Part shown: piece after piece, positions 23,719 through 37,030 of the stretch
Layout: each line of letters starts with the position of its first letter
How positions within the stretch are numbered: position 1 is the stretch's first letter
From: the human T2T-CHM13v2.0 reference genome, Homo sapiens
Length of the DNA: 64,000 nucleotides
Assembly: GCF_009914755.1 (NCBI RefSeq)
Contig: NC_060946.1
Strand: one strand, 5' to 3'
Notes under the pieces: model-generated
What the model was told of the DNA's origin: nothing
The model's input: only the letters and a program-made list of their open reading frames with translations
The model's database searches: none
Translations under genes and position numbers: made by a program

Positions 23719-26700
23719 CTGGGGCAAGGAGGGACATTGGTGGGCAGGCCTGCTGCTCAGTCACCCCTGGAGTGCAGGTCTCCACACACAGCAGCTCTGC
23801 CTCAGCTCATGCTGGCCAGCACACCAGGGTGCCTTCCTCCTGGTCCTGAACCCACCCACCCCAAGGCCTGTTTCGGCCCAAGCTGACAAGGACAGCAATA
23901 AGTTCTTGCCCTCTGAACATCGAGGTGCTAACCCTGCCCCGGCACCCCATCCTGGGGGGACCCTGGGGCTGGACCCCCATCTCAGGTCTCCTCAGGCTGA
24001 GTTGGCAGATAAGGACATAGACCCTGGGGGGTGAAGTCTTCAGGGCCCTCCCCAAGCTGCATGGCCTGGCTGCCACAGGCTCCTCCAGGCCCCAGGAGGT
24101 GCCAGTGAGACCTGCAGGATGCCTTCCTGATGTCAACCACCACCCCTAGCTGGGACATCATGGTGTCCTGGGGCCTCCTCCCTCACCTGCCCCAGACACC
24201 TTGAGTATAGAAGCCTTGTGGGGGCTGTTTCAGCACTGCCTACTGACTCCTGTGGCCACACTAAGGTTCCCGCCACCAACGCCAGCCAGACGCCCTCAAG
24301 GGACAGAAATACGCAGTTCCCAGAACACCCCATGCACCTGCAGCACCAGTATGTCCTTATTCCTTCCAGCCCAGACATTCTTGAGTGTTGTGTAGGCACA
24401 GGTTTGCCCTACCTCGGGCCAGTGGCTGGCGCCCCCAGTGACTGAGACTCTGGGCATCATATCAGAGACCAGACACAGTAGATTTGAGCCTATGGGTGCC
24501 CTTGCCACCATTCTGCATGGGGTGACGACACTGGAATTCTAGGCAAGACAACTCTGGACTGAGACTTTTCTATCCACATGCCTACTGACTGGACTTGCCA
24601 GTGGGGAAACTGAGGCTCAAAGAGGATAGGCTGGCCCACATCAGAGCCAGGCCCAACCCCTGCCGCGCTGAGTGGCTTGAGGACCTAAGACTCACAGCCT
24701 GCCCCGGGCCTCTGACTGCACAGGTGCCTGGCCCCAGGGCCACATGGCACCAACATCCGGGGATCGGCATCTAGCCAGGATGGGCAGGAGCTGAAACCCA
24801 AGCCCTGGTGGGTGGGTCAGGCGGAGCACATTCCCAGGCAGCCAGGGCAGGGTCAGCAGGAGGACAGGTCCTGCTTTGTGGCCCAGGCCCCTGGTCCCTG
24901 CACAATGGGTCCCTTGCCTGGGCCCCCTGGGGCCTGCACAGACACTAAGCTCTGCCAGGCTCCAGAGGCAGACTCTGCCCATTCTTGGGCCTGGGAGGTG
25001 AGCCAGGTTAGATGCTCAGCGCTGCCCTCAGGACCTGCCTGCCAAGGCTCGTGGGCTGGGAAGCCTCCCCAGGTCAGGGTCCTATCCTGGGGGAATACTT
25101 GACCCCCAAATGCATGCAGTGCAGGTGTCCAGGAAGGGGCCTGCACCAACATGTTAGGACAGGTGTATCCCTCAGGCTGACAGAGGAAAGAAGTGGCCAC
25201 AGAAGGCACCTCCCCCTCTCCCACAGGCAGGGTCTTGGAGGATGACAGATAACTTTATAGATGGGGAAACTGAGGCCTGGCAGGGGGAAGAGGATTTACC
25301 TAGAACTTCACAGTCCAAGTGGGATTTCAAGCACCCCCAGAGAAGGCAATCTGGCAAGGAAGGCTTTGGGCCTCATCTCGCCCTCAGTCTTGAGATGTAG
25401 GTGGAATGCCTGCTGTGGACCTGGCTAGGAAAAGGGGACCTGTTCCCTGGGAAAAAGAAATAGACTGAGGCCTAGAGTGGGGACAACTGGCACGTTGCCA
25501 GGCAGGGCAGGCTGGGCTCTTCTCCAAAGGCACTGGGGAGCTGGGACTGCTCTGAAGCAGGAGAAGGCTTGTGTGGCCCATCACTGCTGGGGCTGGGCTG
25601 CCCCATCTGTATCTGGCAAATGTGTGTCAGGCCCTGAGCTCTCTCTGCTGGGCCCTGGGCGGGGCTCATCTGAGTTCAAGCAGGGGCCCAGGCACTGAGG
25701 GGCTGCAGTTCTGGCGACAGAGTGAGGAGGGTATAAAGCAAGACTGAGGAAACGTTACCCAGGACTCTGCCAGTGGGATGTAGCCCCTCATATATGTATA
25801 TATTTACATCTATTAAAAACTCAGAGAAAAACCCCCTCTTCCCTAGCTAGGCAGTGGGGGTAAGCGGGAGAGGAAAAGGGGAGGACATCTCAGGACCCCG
25901 ATGCCACTCTGTGGCCCAGCTTATCCCTCCCACCAAGGCTGTGGTGAGGGTCTGACAGGCAGAGCTGGGGTGGTCCAGGAGAGCCACGCCCCCGCAGCAA
26001 GACCTGGCAACCCTGCGGCACCACCCATCAGCCCCGGCCTAGCAGCCCCGCAGTAGGATCCAGAGGCCCCAAGAGTCCCTGCTGGCAAATGACCTCAGGG
26101 AGCTAAAAACGAGGGATGACTTCACCCGGGTGGCAGGTGCATGAGTCAGCCAGTGATCACAGGAAAGCCCGGCCCCTGCTACACATGCCCAGGCACACAC
26201 ACATGCATATACATGACCCCTCAGACAGGGACACATGCATGTACATACACGTGTGCAAGTACCCAGCCCGGCACAGGCCGAGCACATCAACCCGTGTGCT
26301 CTAACAGCACCCCAAGGGCACGGCGCCCACTGTTCCCAGAGGCACACTCGTGAGCACACATCCTCCCGTCCTCCACCGTGTATCGGAGACCCTTATCCAT
26401 GCAGGGCCTCACAGAGTCTCAACACACAGGGACAGGGGCCACCAACTCTGCCAATCATCTGCCCAGCATCCACTCTGGGAGTCTCAGAGCTGGCTGGCAG
26501 ATGGAGAAACTGAGGTGTAGAGTAGTGAGAGGCCCATAGCCAGCTGGTGGCTCAGCTCTCTGCAACATCTTTAGGGTGGGGCTGTGGAATGGTGGGCTGA
26601 CTCTCAACAGGAGTTGGCTGCAGTCCCTGGATCCCTGTCTGGCCCCAGTGTCCATGTCTGACGTGCACCTGCCCAGGCTGGCCCACTCTCAGGGACCCTG

Positions 26701-28399
26701 GCCCTGCAGCCCCACACAGCCTCTGCCTCAGACCCAACTCTGGGCTGCTCCCCTCTGTACCCTAGACATGGGCTCTACCCTGAACACCCCACCTCCAGCC
26801 CAATCCCACATGCTGCATCCTGTCAGTCGTCTCTCATCACCCCCTCCCCAGCTGGGGCCCCATCCTTGCTCCTCTTGCACCCCGCCCGGCCTCCCAGCAC
26901 TCATCCCTCCCTTGGCTCTTCAATCTCTGGTGCACCAGGTCTGGGGCCCCCAGGACTGGCCCAGAAACAGGCTGCTGCCCAGGCCTGGGGTTTCCCATGA
27001 GCTCCCTTGGGCTTGTGGGAGGGGCCAGAGTGACCAGGGAGGTAGACCACCTACCCCTGCTCACAAGAGGGTCCCGGGAACACAGGGCTGAGCCCAGCAT
27101 AGGGGCTCTGGGCCCCATCACGCACCTTCGGCTCAGCTTCTTCACAAGGAGGTGAGAAGGACAGAGGGGGCTGGGGTCGTGGGACGTGCTGGGTAGCATC
27201 AGTCTCACTTTTGTGGCAAAATGCAAGGAACACAGGGAGCAGAAAAGCAAGATTGGACCAACACACAGAGGGATGCTGGGGCACAGGTGGCTGGGCCCTG
27301 GTCCCATATTACTTATCTACCCAAACCACCGGACTTCACAGATGCACCACGGTCTGTGTCCTGAAGAACAGACTGCAGGGGCAGGCCCCTCCCCTGTCCA
27401 AGGCCTGGCTAGCACACACAGAGAATGAGTTAAGGTGAGATTGCACACCTGGATCCCACACCTGCAGGCCAGGCTCCCAGAGGGCAGGAGGTGGCTGCTG
27501 TCCGATGGATGAATGAATGAATCTTCTCCATCCCCATTATGGCCCTCCCAGGTAGAGTCCAGGACAAGCCAGGCTGGCATCTCTCACCAGGCAGCAAGCC
27601 CTTGGCCACCACAAAATGCCCTTTCCCTTGGTGCCACAGCCTCTGACCAGTCTCCAAGACCTGGAGCTTACTTCTCCACACAGCAGTGCACCTGCCAGGG
27701 TGTGGCCCCAGGCAGAGATGCCAAAAAGCCAAGCTGGGGGAGCAAACTTGGGGTGGGAGAGCAGGGCTGACTGTCATCCACCTCAGCTTCCCCAAGCTCA
27801 GCTTGGGGTCATCAGACACACTGTGACCATGGATTTCCCAAAAACTGGTCCCTCCACCTCTGAGGGCCAGACCCTGGGGGCCACACCAGGGCCGTAGGAC
27901 AGGCAGGGGCCTAGTTGCCCAGGTAGCAGGTGTGTGGGAGACCTGCCTCCCACCACAGAGGGTCTTGGCTGGTCTCTCCTCTGCTCAGTTTCCCTGCCTG
28001 TTACTGAACCCAGCACTGCTCTGAGCAGAGGACAAACTGCCTATGCCTCCCCCCACCTCAATGCTGAGAGGGGGAGGATCCCGTTTTCCTTAGAGATCTC
28101 CTCCAGCATCCATTAGTGGGCAGGGCCTGTCTCTATCCCTCCCATCACGTGCGCCTCGGAGGCAGAGAAGACTTCCATTAAAGCTCCGGAAGCTCCTTTG
28201 CAGGTCCCGGGAGTCAGAGCCGGCGTAGGGGGTGTGGAGGGGAGAGGAGGAACCCTCTCAGGGAGCAGAAGGCCTACCCGGGCTTCCCTCTTCAGACTTC
28301 AGCCTCCTTCCTGCACAGACAGAAGCCGCTCAGGAAGGCCCTGGCTCTCCACCCGTGTCCCCAGGCACCTGTCCTGGGCGCTGGCCAAGAAGCGTCCAT

Positions 28400-29100
28400 C
28401 CGGTCCGGGCCGGTGCCAAGAGGAGGGTCAAACTGCCAGGGGTCCCGACCCCCCCAGGCCCCGCGGATGGGCTCCAGAGACCCTGCGGCCCGCCCTGCAT
28501 ACCCGGGGGCACCGCGCTCACACCGCCACCCGCCCGGCCCTGGCCCCAGCCTGACGCAGCCCAGCCAGGGGCGCAAGACAATAGCTGCCTCGGGCCAGCG
28601 GCTCCGCGGAACAAAAGCGGGTCCTCCCGGGCAGGCCGACGCCCCGCCCTCTGCCTCCGACCCCGGGCCAGGGTCCCCCCAAGCCAACTTCCCTCCAACC
28701 TGTCTGAGTTCGGCCGGCATCGGGCCGGGACTCGGGGGGCGCTGGCCAGCAGCGGGGGAGGCGGTGGCTGGACCAGGCTCGGCTCCGGCGCCTCGGCCGC
28801 TCGGGCTCAGGCTCGGCGGACTCGCTCCCCGCGGGGGCGGATCTGGCGGCGGTCACGGCGAGCAGCCAATCGGGCGGGGCCGCGCCCAGGTGGGGCGTGG
28901 CGGGGGCCGGGGTGGGCGTGGCGGGCGGGGGGCGGGCAATGTGAGGTCCCGCCCCCCAGAGACAGGGGGCGGGGCCCTGCAGCCCCGGGTCGCCCCCTGT
29001 CCCCCCACTTCCCACCACCTCCCCCCACCCACTGCCGGCCTGGACTTCTGCTCCCTCCCCCTCCCTGCGGCAGGGGTGTCACTTTCCCGCCGAAAGACTT
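28400..29100 (-). promoter_or_regulatory. ARVCF: Intragenic CpG island; candidate alternative ARVCF promoter
   Basis: Dense CpG, multiple GGGCGG boxes, CCAAT at 28866-28870. Confidence 0.7.
28700..28720 (-). CDS. ARVCF: Candidate alternative ARVCF first coding segment MPAELRQ
   Basis: ATG CCG GCC GAA CTC AGA CAG|gttgga. Phase 0, in frame with exon 4. Confidence 0.6.
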
Positions 29101-32100
29101 TGGCCAAGTCCTTCCCAGGCCTCGGTTTGGCCTCGGTTTATGACCACACTTCAGTCCGCCTGCAAAGGGGGAAACAGTTCCGGCAGGGCAGGTGCCCGTG
29201 CTGCGATGCACAGAGCACAAGGCCTCCCTCACTGGCACAAACCTGGCTGCGACTCAGTTTCACCTGCCATGAAATGGGGGCCGATGAGACAGTAGTCACG
29301 GCTCTGTGAGATCTCTCCAGTCTCCCAGATCCCCCCTCACCCTCCTGCCCAGCCGCCACTCTGAATGGGCCTGCGAAGAACTGTCCCCACAGAGTTCGAT
29401 GGGGACCTGGAAAAGGGCCCTGCAGGGGACCCCCACTTTGTATCTTGGGTTCTCCCCATCGAGGCACAGAAGCCCCGAATGCACCCCCACTGCTCCCCCA
29501 GGCCAGCCTCAATGTGGGCCACACCCTAGGGAATCTAGTTCTGCTGCAGTGAAAAATGGGAGGGGAAGGGCCAGGCTGGAGCCACCTTCTTATGTCAAAC
29601 CCCACAAAGGCCAAGCCAATGGCTCCAGCATCACGAACAGGGAAACAGGTTCTGAGATTAAATGAGCTGAGACCAACCCAGGGAGACTCAGTGGGTCTGG
29701 CAAGAGAAAGGGCTCGGGCCCAGGCCTCCCACTGGCTTCTCCGCAGACCCCTCAGAAAACAGCCTCCGCAGGGACCACTCCCTGCTGCCCTGAGCGCCAT
29801 ATACAGAGGCCACTCGGCTAGCATGCTCAAGATTCTAGGTACCCACCATGTGCCCCTCTGAGCCTCAGTTCCCCCACCTGCAGAGGGGTGAGCTACCCTA
29901 CCACTGGCTGGACCCCTGTATCTTGCATCTAGGGCCAACCTGCCTGGAACCCCTGGAGCAGAGCGCAGAAGACCAGACACTGCGCCAAAAACGCGCCCGC
30001 ATCTTATCTTTAAGCTGGCTCCATCTTCTCAACTGCACCAGCAGCTAGTGCCCCAGCCACCTATCCACCTAAGACGAGCCCAAGGCAAGTTCCCTGATGG
30101 CACCCCTCCCCACTGGGTGGGCGTCAGCCCTGTTTCAGCTGGCTGTCTAGAGGAGGGGCCCCTTCCTGCTGGAAGATGAAGGGCAGGTAGCCAGGACCCT
30201 GGAGCAGCCCAGTGAGTGCAGCAGCACTCCCCCTAGCCTGGTTCCCCAGCCTCAGCCCCCAGCTACCTGCCTTGCCATTGCCCTGGCTTCCCAAAGCCCG
30301 GGCTCTGACCCTGTGGCTCAGCAGGTAGATCGCTAGGCACTTCCTACTGAAACCAATCTGGGAAACCTGGCCAGCCCAAGGAGGCCCTGCCTCCCCTAGT
30401 ATCCTCATCAGCCCAGCCAGTTGAGCTGCAGCCCTGGCAACACATGCTCTCTTCAATCCCAGCCTGAGAAAATCAAGGGTAGGGGGTCGGGGGGAGAGTT
30501 CAGGGGCAGGGGTGGTAGGTGGAGGGGCAGTAGCCTGAGGTCTTGAAGTCTTTTGCCTGAGGAGGTCAGGGTAGCTCCAGGCTGTGGGAACATCTTCCCA
30601 CCAGGGCATCAACCCTCCGGGGTGCCTTGGGTCCTCCCACACTGCCTGTCCGAGGACAGTTCCGGTCTGGGAGGGTTGGACTGAGCACACTGGCGCCTGA
30701 GAGGCGGCCTCGGGGTCACTGGCTTCCACTGTCCCTATATGGCCCAGCTGGGCCCAGCGTTCTGCTTCCCCGCCTCAAGTTTGAGGGTAGAGGCCTCACA
30801 TTTTGGAGTATCTCAAGTCTGAGGGCTGTGAGAGTGGCCCCAGCACCGAGACCCACCAGAGGCCTCTGAGCACCAGGGGCCATGAAAAAGGGCCCCCTAG
30901 TGAGTCTCGGACCCTCTGGGGACATTAATTTGACTCTGACCATGCACTGGTGCTGGGCTGGGCCTTCTATGTGGGTCTCATGAGCAGACGTAGGAAGCAT
31001 GACGCCTGCTGGCCGACACCAAGTCTGGACACCAAGACTCAAGGAGTAGTCACCAACCCCAGGTCCCTCGGCCTGACACAGGCTGCTGGTTCTGAGCCCC
31101 ACATGCCCCAGCCAGGTGAGGAGAGCCCATGGGGCTGCCTCAACAGAGACCAGCGTTTGCTCCCTTTCTCTCTAGATGAGAAGGGCCAGGCTGCCCCAAG
31201 CTCCTGGCATGTGTGTGCCAGGCGCAGGTCCCCAGAGTCAGGGCCCAGCAGGACCAAAGAAGGGCGGGTGGAGGTGCAGGTGCTGGGAGTATGCTGGGGG
31301 GAGGTCTGGCTGCTGGGTTTAGCGGGGCAGGGAGCTGAGCCAGGGAGACAGGACTCTGCAGGGAGAGCCCTCTAGGGTCACTCTGTGAAGAACCCAGAGG
31401 CCGCAGCAGGAGGCAACCCCCCCAGCCTCTAAGCTGGGTGGTGAGGAGAGCCCCCTTCCCCGTGGCTGCTGGGACAGCTCCACCCTGACTCCCCACTGTG
31501 CTAGCCCTCAGTCAGTAACAGGAACCATGATAATCACACCACATCCCAAGTCTCCCTGCATGTACTTGTTCCGGCCTCCTAACCCCAAGCCAGGGGCTCT
31601 TGCTGTTTCATCTACAGGTTAGAGCACTGGGGTGCTGGGAATGGGGTGTCCCAGTGGTCTAACTGCTCACTGCATACCCCAACTTTAGAGTTCTTAGGGC
31701 CTGGCCATGGAACACAGAAGGCTCTATACCTCCTGAGGCTGAGTAGGGGCCGGAGCCCAGTCTGAGGATAATGGCCAGCAGAGAAAATGAGGCTCCCAGG
31801 TCAGCCTCTAAGCTGCAGGCAGAGCTCTGGGCCTCCTCCTGGGGCTGACCCACCAGTGCATGCAATGAACACTGTGGCAGGGTTAGGCATGGTGCAGGCA
31901 AACCCCTAAAGTGTCTCTAGGCAGACCAAAGAGCTGCCCAGAATAGACCCCATCCAGCTGCCTGGGCCCTGAGGGCTCAGTGGAGGGTGCTGTTCTGAGT
32001 GTTGGGCTGTGTCCTGCCCACTCTTCACATGGTGCCTAGTACACCCAAGTGGGACTTCCAGCCCAACCTGGGATCCCATTTTCCTTTCCTCCCCAGGAGC

Positions 32101-32211
32101 CCCAGCAAATCTTGCAATAAGCGAGCGCATGCTGGCTTGTGGTCCACCAGGACCCACTGATTGTTTTCCCACTTGGCAATTTTCACCCTTCCCAAGTCAC
32201 TAGGCTGTTAC

Positions 32212-32421
32212 CTGGAGGACCAGCTGTTGCCAGGCCATTGGCAGGGGCTGCCCACTGCCCATGCCACCACTGACCATGCCAGGCTGCTGGGCACGCTCCA
32301 GCTGTAGGGCAACATGGCGCCGCTCCTGCTCCAGTGCCCGTGTCAGCCTCTCGAAGCGGGCCTCCTGCTCCTTCACCGAGGCCAGGATGCTGGCGGCCGA
32401 GTGCACATTGCAGTCCTCCAT
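32212..32421 (-). CDS. ARVCF: ARVCF exon 3, coding part (exon starts at 32439); N-terminal coiled coil
   Basis: Translates MEDCNVHSAASILASVKEQEARFERLTRALEQERRHVALQLERAQQPG...LVLQ. Flanked by ctgcag| and |gtaac. Confidence 0.96.
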
Positions 32422-35400
32422 GACCAGAGCGCCCGCCAGCTGCAGGCAAAGCAGAGTAAGCTCAGTGGGGTGGGGCACAGCCTGGCAAGGCCATCATGGG
32501 CCCCTGCCCGCCCCACTCACAGACCATACAACTCACTCCCAGACCAGAGCATCCAGCCCTCTAGAGGGAAGCACACTGATTAAATTCTAAATTAAAAGCC
32601 ATTAATCCGAGGCTGGCCGGAAGCAGCCGGCTCACTCCCCATGGGTTTTGGGACTCTAACCTGGCTCCTCTGCTTCCTGCTAGACCTAGCAGAAACATGG
32701 GCCGTGGGCGGCTTGGAGCCCGCTGGGAAGGGCAGGAAGAGCTCATTAGAGCTTCTTACCTCCCAGGCCCTCTGCCACTCATACCACATGCCAGCCCACC
32801 CTCCATTTCACAGGGCCACCCCACTCCCATCTCACAGAGGCAGATGCCAGGGCCAAGAAAGGGTGGGGGACCATTTGTAGCCACACAGCTGGTGTGGCAT
32901 GGCCAGTGTGGCCAGCAAGCAGGGAGTGAGAAGCTGCTCCACTGATGGGTGCCCAAGACCCCGAGGCAGGCGCAGGTGACCATAGCCTGAGAGCTCCTGG
33001 CAACACTGGTCTGCAGACCAGCAGTCCAGCCTCCACTCATATCCACATTGGCCAGAAACAAGAGTGGTGCTGCTACACATGACAGAGTAAAAACTGAGGA
33101 CAAGCCTGGTTGAGGTTCTGGCTGGGACTGCATGAAGTTAAGAGACCATAAGCCTGAAGTGGCTGGTGTGTGTGATGCCTCATCCAGAAAAGGGCAGGGG
33201 CCAGGCATCTGAGGCCAAGCACAGGGTGGGATTGGGCCTGCTGGGCCCAGCCCAGTGTTGCCCCTCAGGGCCCCAGAGCCCCAGGGGAGCAGGCGGGGGC
33301 CATGAGGGCTTGGCAGCCGCAGAGACAAACCAGCACTTTCCCTCCCAGCTTGCCCCCTGGCTGCCCAGAATGTTTGTTTTTCATGGGTAAAAAGAAGCAG
33401 GACAAGTATGCGGAGCTCCAATCCAGGCTCACCACAGTGGGCAGGGCATAGCCACGAGGCCACACTGCCCGGAGCACAGTGAGCATGGCCGGGTGCCCAG
33501 GGCTGCTCAGGCATCCTCCTGCCCAGTCCCGCCAGCCCACTGAGGCCAACTCCGCTGGATCCCTTGCCCTTGCACCAATATAGGGCCCTCCACGGGGAGG
33601 ACACGCACTGCGGGTGACATCCCCAGAGCGTCAGCACTGCTGCTCACTGGTCTGGATGGAGCCAGCTGCAAGGACAGAGAGCCCCCAAGAGGAAAAGCAG
33701 CGCTGGGCTCAGCTGCGCCAGCAACACGGTGCGGGGACATGGGTGCACCTCATAGGTGAAGAGACACTGTGGAGCCCAGCCCCACCGACAGCTGGGAAAA
33801 CAGGCCCAGCAAGAGCGAGAGACCAGTGCAGGCCCCCAAAGCTGCTCTCCATTTCCCCAGCACCTGTCCCACAAATGAAACTGTCAACACAACCTTTCGG
33901 GGAAGCCAGCATGAGTGGAGGAGCTGTTTTAAGCCAGCCACAGAATGGAAGAATGCAGGGAGAGCTGGGGGCCGCCGCCCGAGACTGAGGTGCAGACTGG
34001 GCGCTCCAGCAAAGGGATAAACAGCACTGCACTCCCCAAGCATGGTCACACAGCTCTTCTCTACACACCTGATGCTGTCTACCCACAGGCCCCAGACCCA
34101 ACACAGGGGAGCCTTGTGCACTAATGGACTGAACCTAGTGCTAGGCCCGAGGTGGGAATGGTAGGGTATTCCCCCTGGGACGGCCAGGGCGGATGGCAGG
34201 GCCCATATCACTCCAGCCCTCAGCCCAGTCCTGGCTGCAGCACCAGCCCATCTCAGCCGAACCTCAGAAGCAAGGGACAGAAGGAAATGGGACGCTGCCT
34301 TGGATGGCAACAATCAGGACCACAGGATAGCCACTGGCCTCATGGACCTGGGGTGGCTTACTTCCCTCCCTGTGCAGAGACATGGACCCTCGTCTACACC
34401 ACACACCCCATCCCCCATCTAGCAGGACCAGGCTTGGGCTGCAGACCCTGCGGACAGCTTCCCTGACCTAAGCCCCTCCAGCACACCCTGGCTCTGGGGA
34501 CTAAAGATGCCCACCCTAAAGGGGGCCCACTGGCTCTGGCTGAGGGCTCAGTACTCCAAGGCCACAGTGGGAAGGTGACCAAACCCCACGATGACCTTCT
34601 CATTGCCGAACTTGGCTTGATTGGTGCAAAACAATCATGTATCTCCCTGGAGACATCCAGAAACACTGGCCAGTGTTGTGGGGAGAGTCTGGCAGCCATG
34701 CTCAGGAGAGCAGAGACCTTGGTGCTGGGCCTGTGCCATCTGCCCCAGCCGCAGGGTGCACCCTGCATTTGCCCTGGGGGGAAGTGCCCTAGGCCCGCAG
34801 GTCATGGCCTCGGCATCTCAGGTGTCTCAAGAGCAACCCGGGATATGCTCCAGGCAGAGCACAGAAGGCCCAGGCCCACTCCCCTGACATGGTGGACTCT
34901 GGCCTATGACAGGAGCCAGTCTGGATACAAGGGATCCTGGCCCAGAACCAAAGAGGGCTGCTTTTCAGATGGTAACTCAAAATGCTGTTTTTATATTCAA
35001 GTAATAAATATATGATGTCAAGGAAAGCAAAATGTGCATGGATTCTTAAGATCGATGGGGCCTGAGTGGATGCTGGGCAGAGTGGGCACCGGATTTGCTT
35101 TTGCTAGAGCCCAGGAGGGCCCTGGGGGAAGGCTAGGAAGGGGGACACTGCAGGGACCTTGGCTGTCCAGCCAATGCCACCTTGGCCTCCCCTAACCTGG
35201 TAAGGGCCCAGCATTGCCTTGTCGGGTGGACCCCTCATGACCCCCCACCCAAAACACAGCAACCAGCTTCATGCCCAACTCTGAGGAGGCCACTTCTTGC
35301 CAAACATGCTGGCCCCAGAAGTTTACTTAGCCGCAAGGCAGGAATGACATTGCACAGCCCACGAGTGACCAGACTTCAGGACCATGTGGACAACACCATG

Positions 35401-35699
35401 TTCCAACCAGAAAACATCAGGAACTGAAGGGGGGCTGGAAAGGTCGGGGCTAAACTGAAACTCTGAAAAATAAACTGCAAAACAAAAGTGACGACCCAGC
35501 CCCCACCCAGCCCCAGCCACAATGGACATTGGCCACGTACCCAAGGGAATCCAGGACCAGGACGTGAGCCTCCAGGTGCTCTCACAGGACAAACTGCTGG
35601 GCAAGCAGGTGGCCCGAGGAGAGAAGCATGGCAGGAGAAGAGGGTGGCCCCAGGCACACAGCCCATGGAAGACTAGAGGGAGGGCAAGCAAAGGAGAGA

Positions 35700-37030
35700 C
35701 AGCGAAGGATGGACAGACAGATGGATACAGGGGTGGATGGGGGATGGATGAATGAATGGAGGGTGGCTGGGGCAGTGGTGGAGGATGGACAGAGGGACGG
35801 ACAGATTGATGGACAGGTCGGAGGATCGTGGGAGATGGACAGAGATGAATGGATGGATGGGGGATGGTGGGGAATGGACAGATGGATGAATGAATGGGTC
35901 GGGGGGATGCTGAAGGATGAACTTATAGATGAATGAATGGATGGGTGGGTGGAGGGATGGTGGGAGATAGACATACAGATGAATGGATGGATGGGTGGGT
36001 GGGGGGATGGTGGAGGATGAACAAATAAATGAATGGATGGATGGGTGGGTCGGGGGATAGTGGAGGAAGAACATATAGATGAATGGATGGATGGGTGGGT
36101 GGGGGGATGGTGGAGGATGAACATATAGATGAATGGATGGATGGGTGGGTGGGGGGATGGTGGAGGATGAACAAACAGATGAATGGATGGATGGGTGGGT
36201 GGGGGGATGGTGGAGGATGAACATATGGATGAATGGATGGATGGGTGGGTGGGGGGATGGTGGAGGATGAACATATGGATGAATGGATGGATGGGTGGGT
36301 GGGGGATGGTGGAGGATGAACATATGGATGAATGGATGGATGGGTGGGTAGGTGGGGGGGAATGATGGGAGATGGACATATAGATGAATGGATGGATGGG
36401 TGGGTCGGGGGATGGTGGGAGATGAAGATATAGATGAATGGATGGATGGGTGGGTAGGAGGATGGTAGGCGATGGACAGAGAGAAAAACAGACGCATAGA
36501 TGGGATGGTGGGGGATGGATGGATGAACGTATGGATGGATGGGGGGGGATGGTGGAGGATGGACAGACGGATGGACAGATTGGGGAATGAGGGGTATGGA
36601 CAGACAGACGGGTGAATGGATAGGGAGGTGGATGAAGTCATAGAAGGGTAGACAGCTAGATGGATGATTGGATGGGTTTACAGATGAATGGATGGATGAG
36701 TAATAGATTTGTGGGTGGGTGGCTGGAGGGATGGGAGAAGAGGAGGCCAGATAGAAGGGGGTGTAACTGAGTGAGTGAACAAGTGTGTGGACAGGAGACT
36801 AATAGGTGGTTATATAAGAAAATGAGGGGAGATGAGAGGATGGGTGAATGGTGGCTAGTTGGATGGGAAGGTGGCTGGATGGATACGGGTGGTGGTAGAG
36901 GGATAAAATGATGATGGAAGAATGTGTAGGAGGGTGGGCAGATGGGATGCTGAAGGCTGGGTGGATGGAGGAGTGGATGAAGGAGAAAACAGAGTGCGAT
37001 GCATGAATGGAAGGGGGGGTGGGCTGTGTA
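35700..37030. repeat. GGAT/GGGT-rich low-complexity region containing a 50-bp VNTR (about 35921-36476, about 11 copies)
   Basis: Unit ACATATAGATGAATGGATGGATGGGTGGGTGGGGGGATGGTGGAGGATGA repeats with a 50-bp period. Confidence 0.92.

Noticed and set aside
28232-29309. 303-aa and 298-aa + strand ORFs
   Set aside because: Same CpG-island artefact, with non-ATG starts.
32756-33637. 293-aa intronic ORF (also the 280-aa ORF at 29138 and the 270-aa ORF at 56210)
   Set aside because: No domain signal or convincing exon structure. Consistent with chance in GC-rich sequence.
35921-36476. Regularly spaced repeats as a possible CRISPR-like array
   Set aside because: Head-to-tail tandem units without unique spacers, in human DNA with no cas genes.
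35582-36641. His/Pro/Ser-rich repetitive ORFs (265 aa, 322 aa)
   Set aside because: These are translations of the GGAT VNTR.
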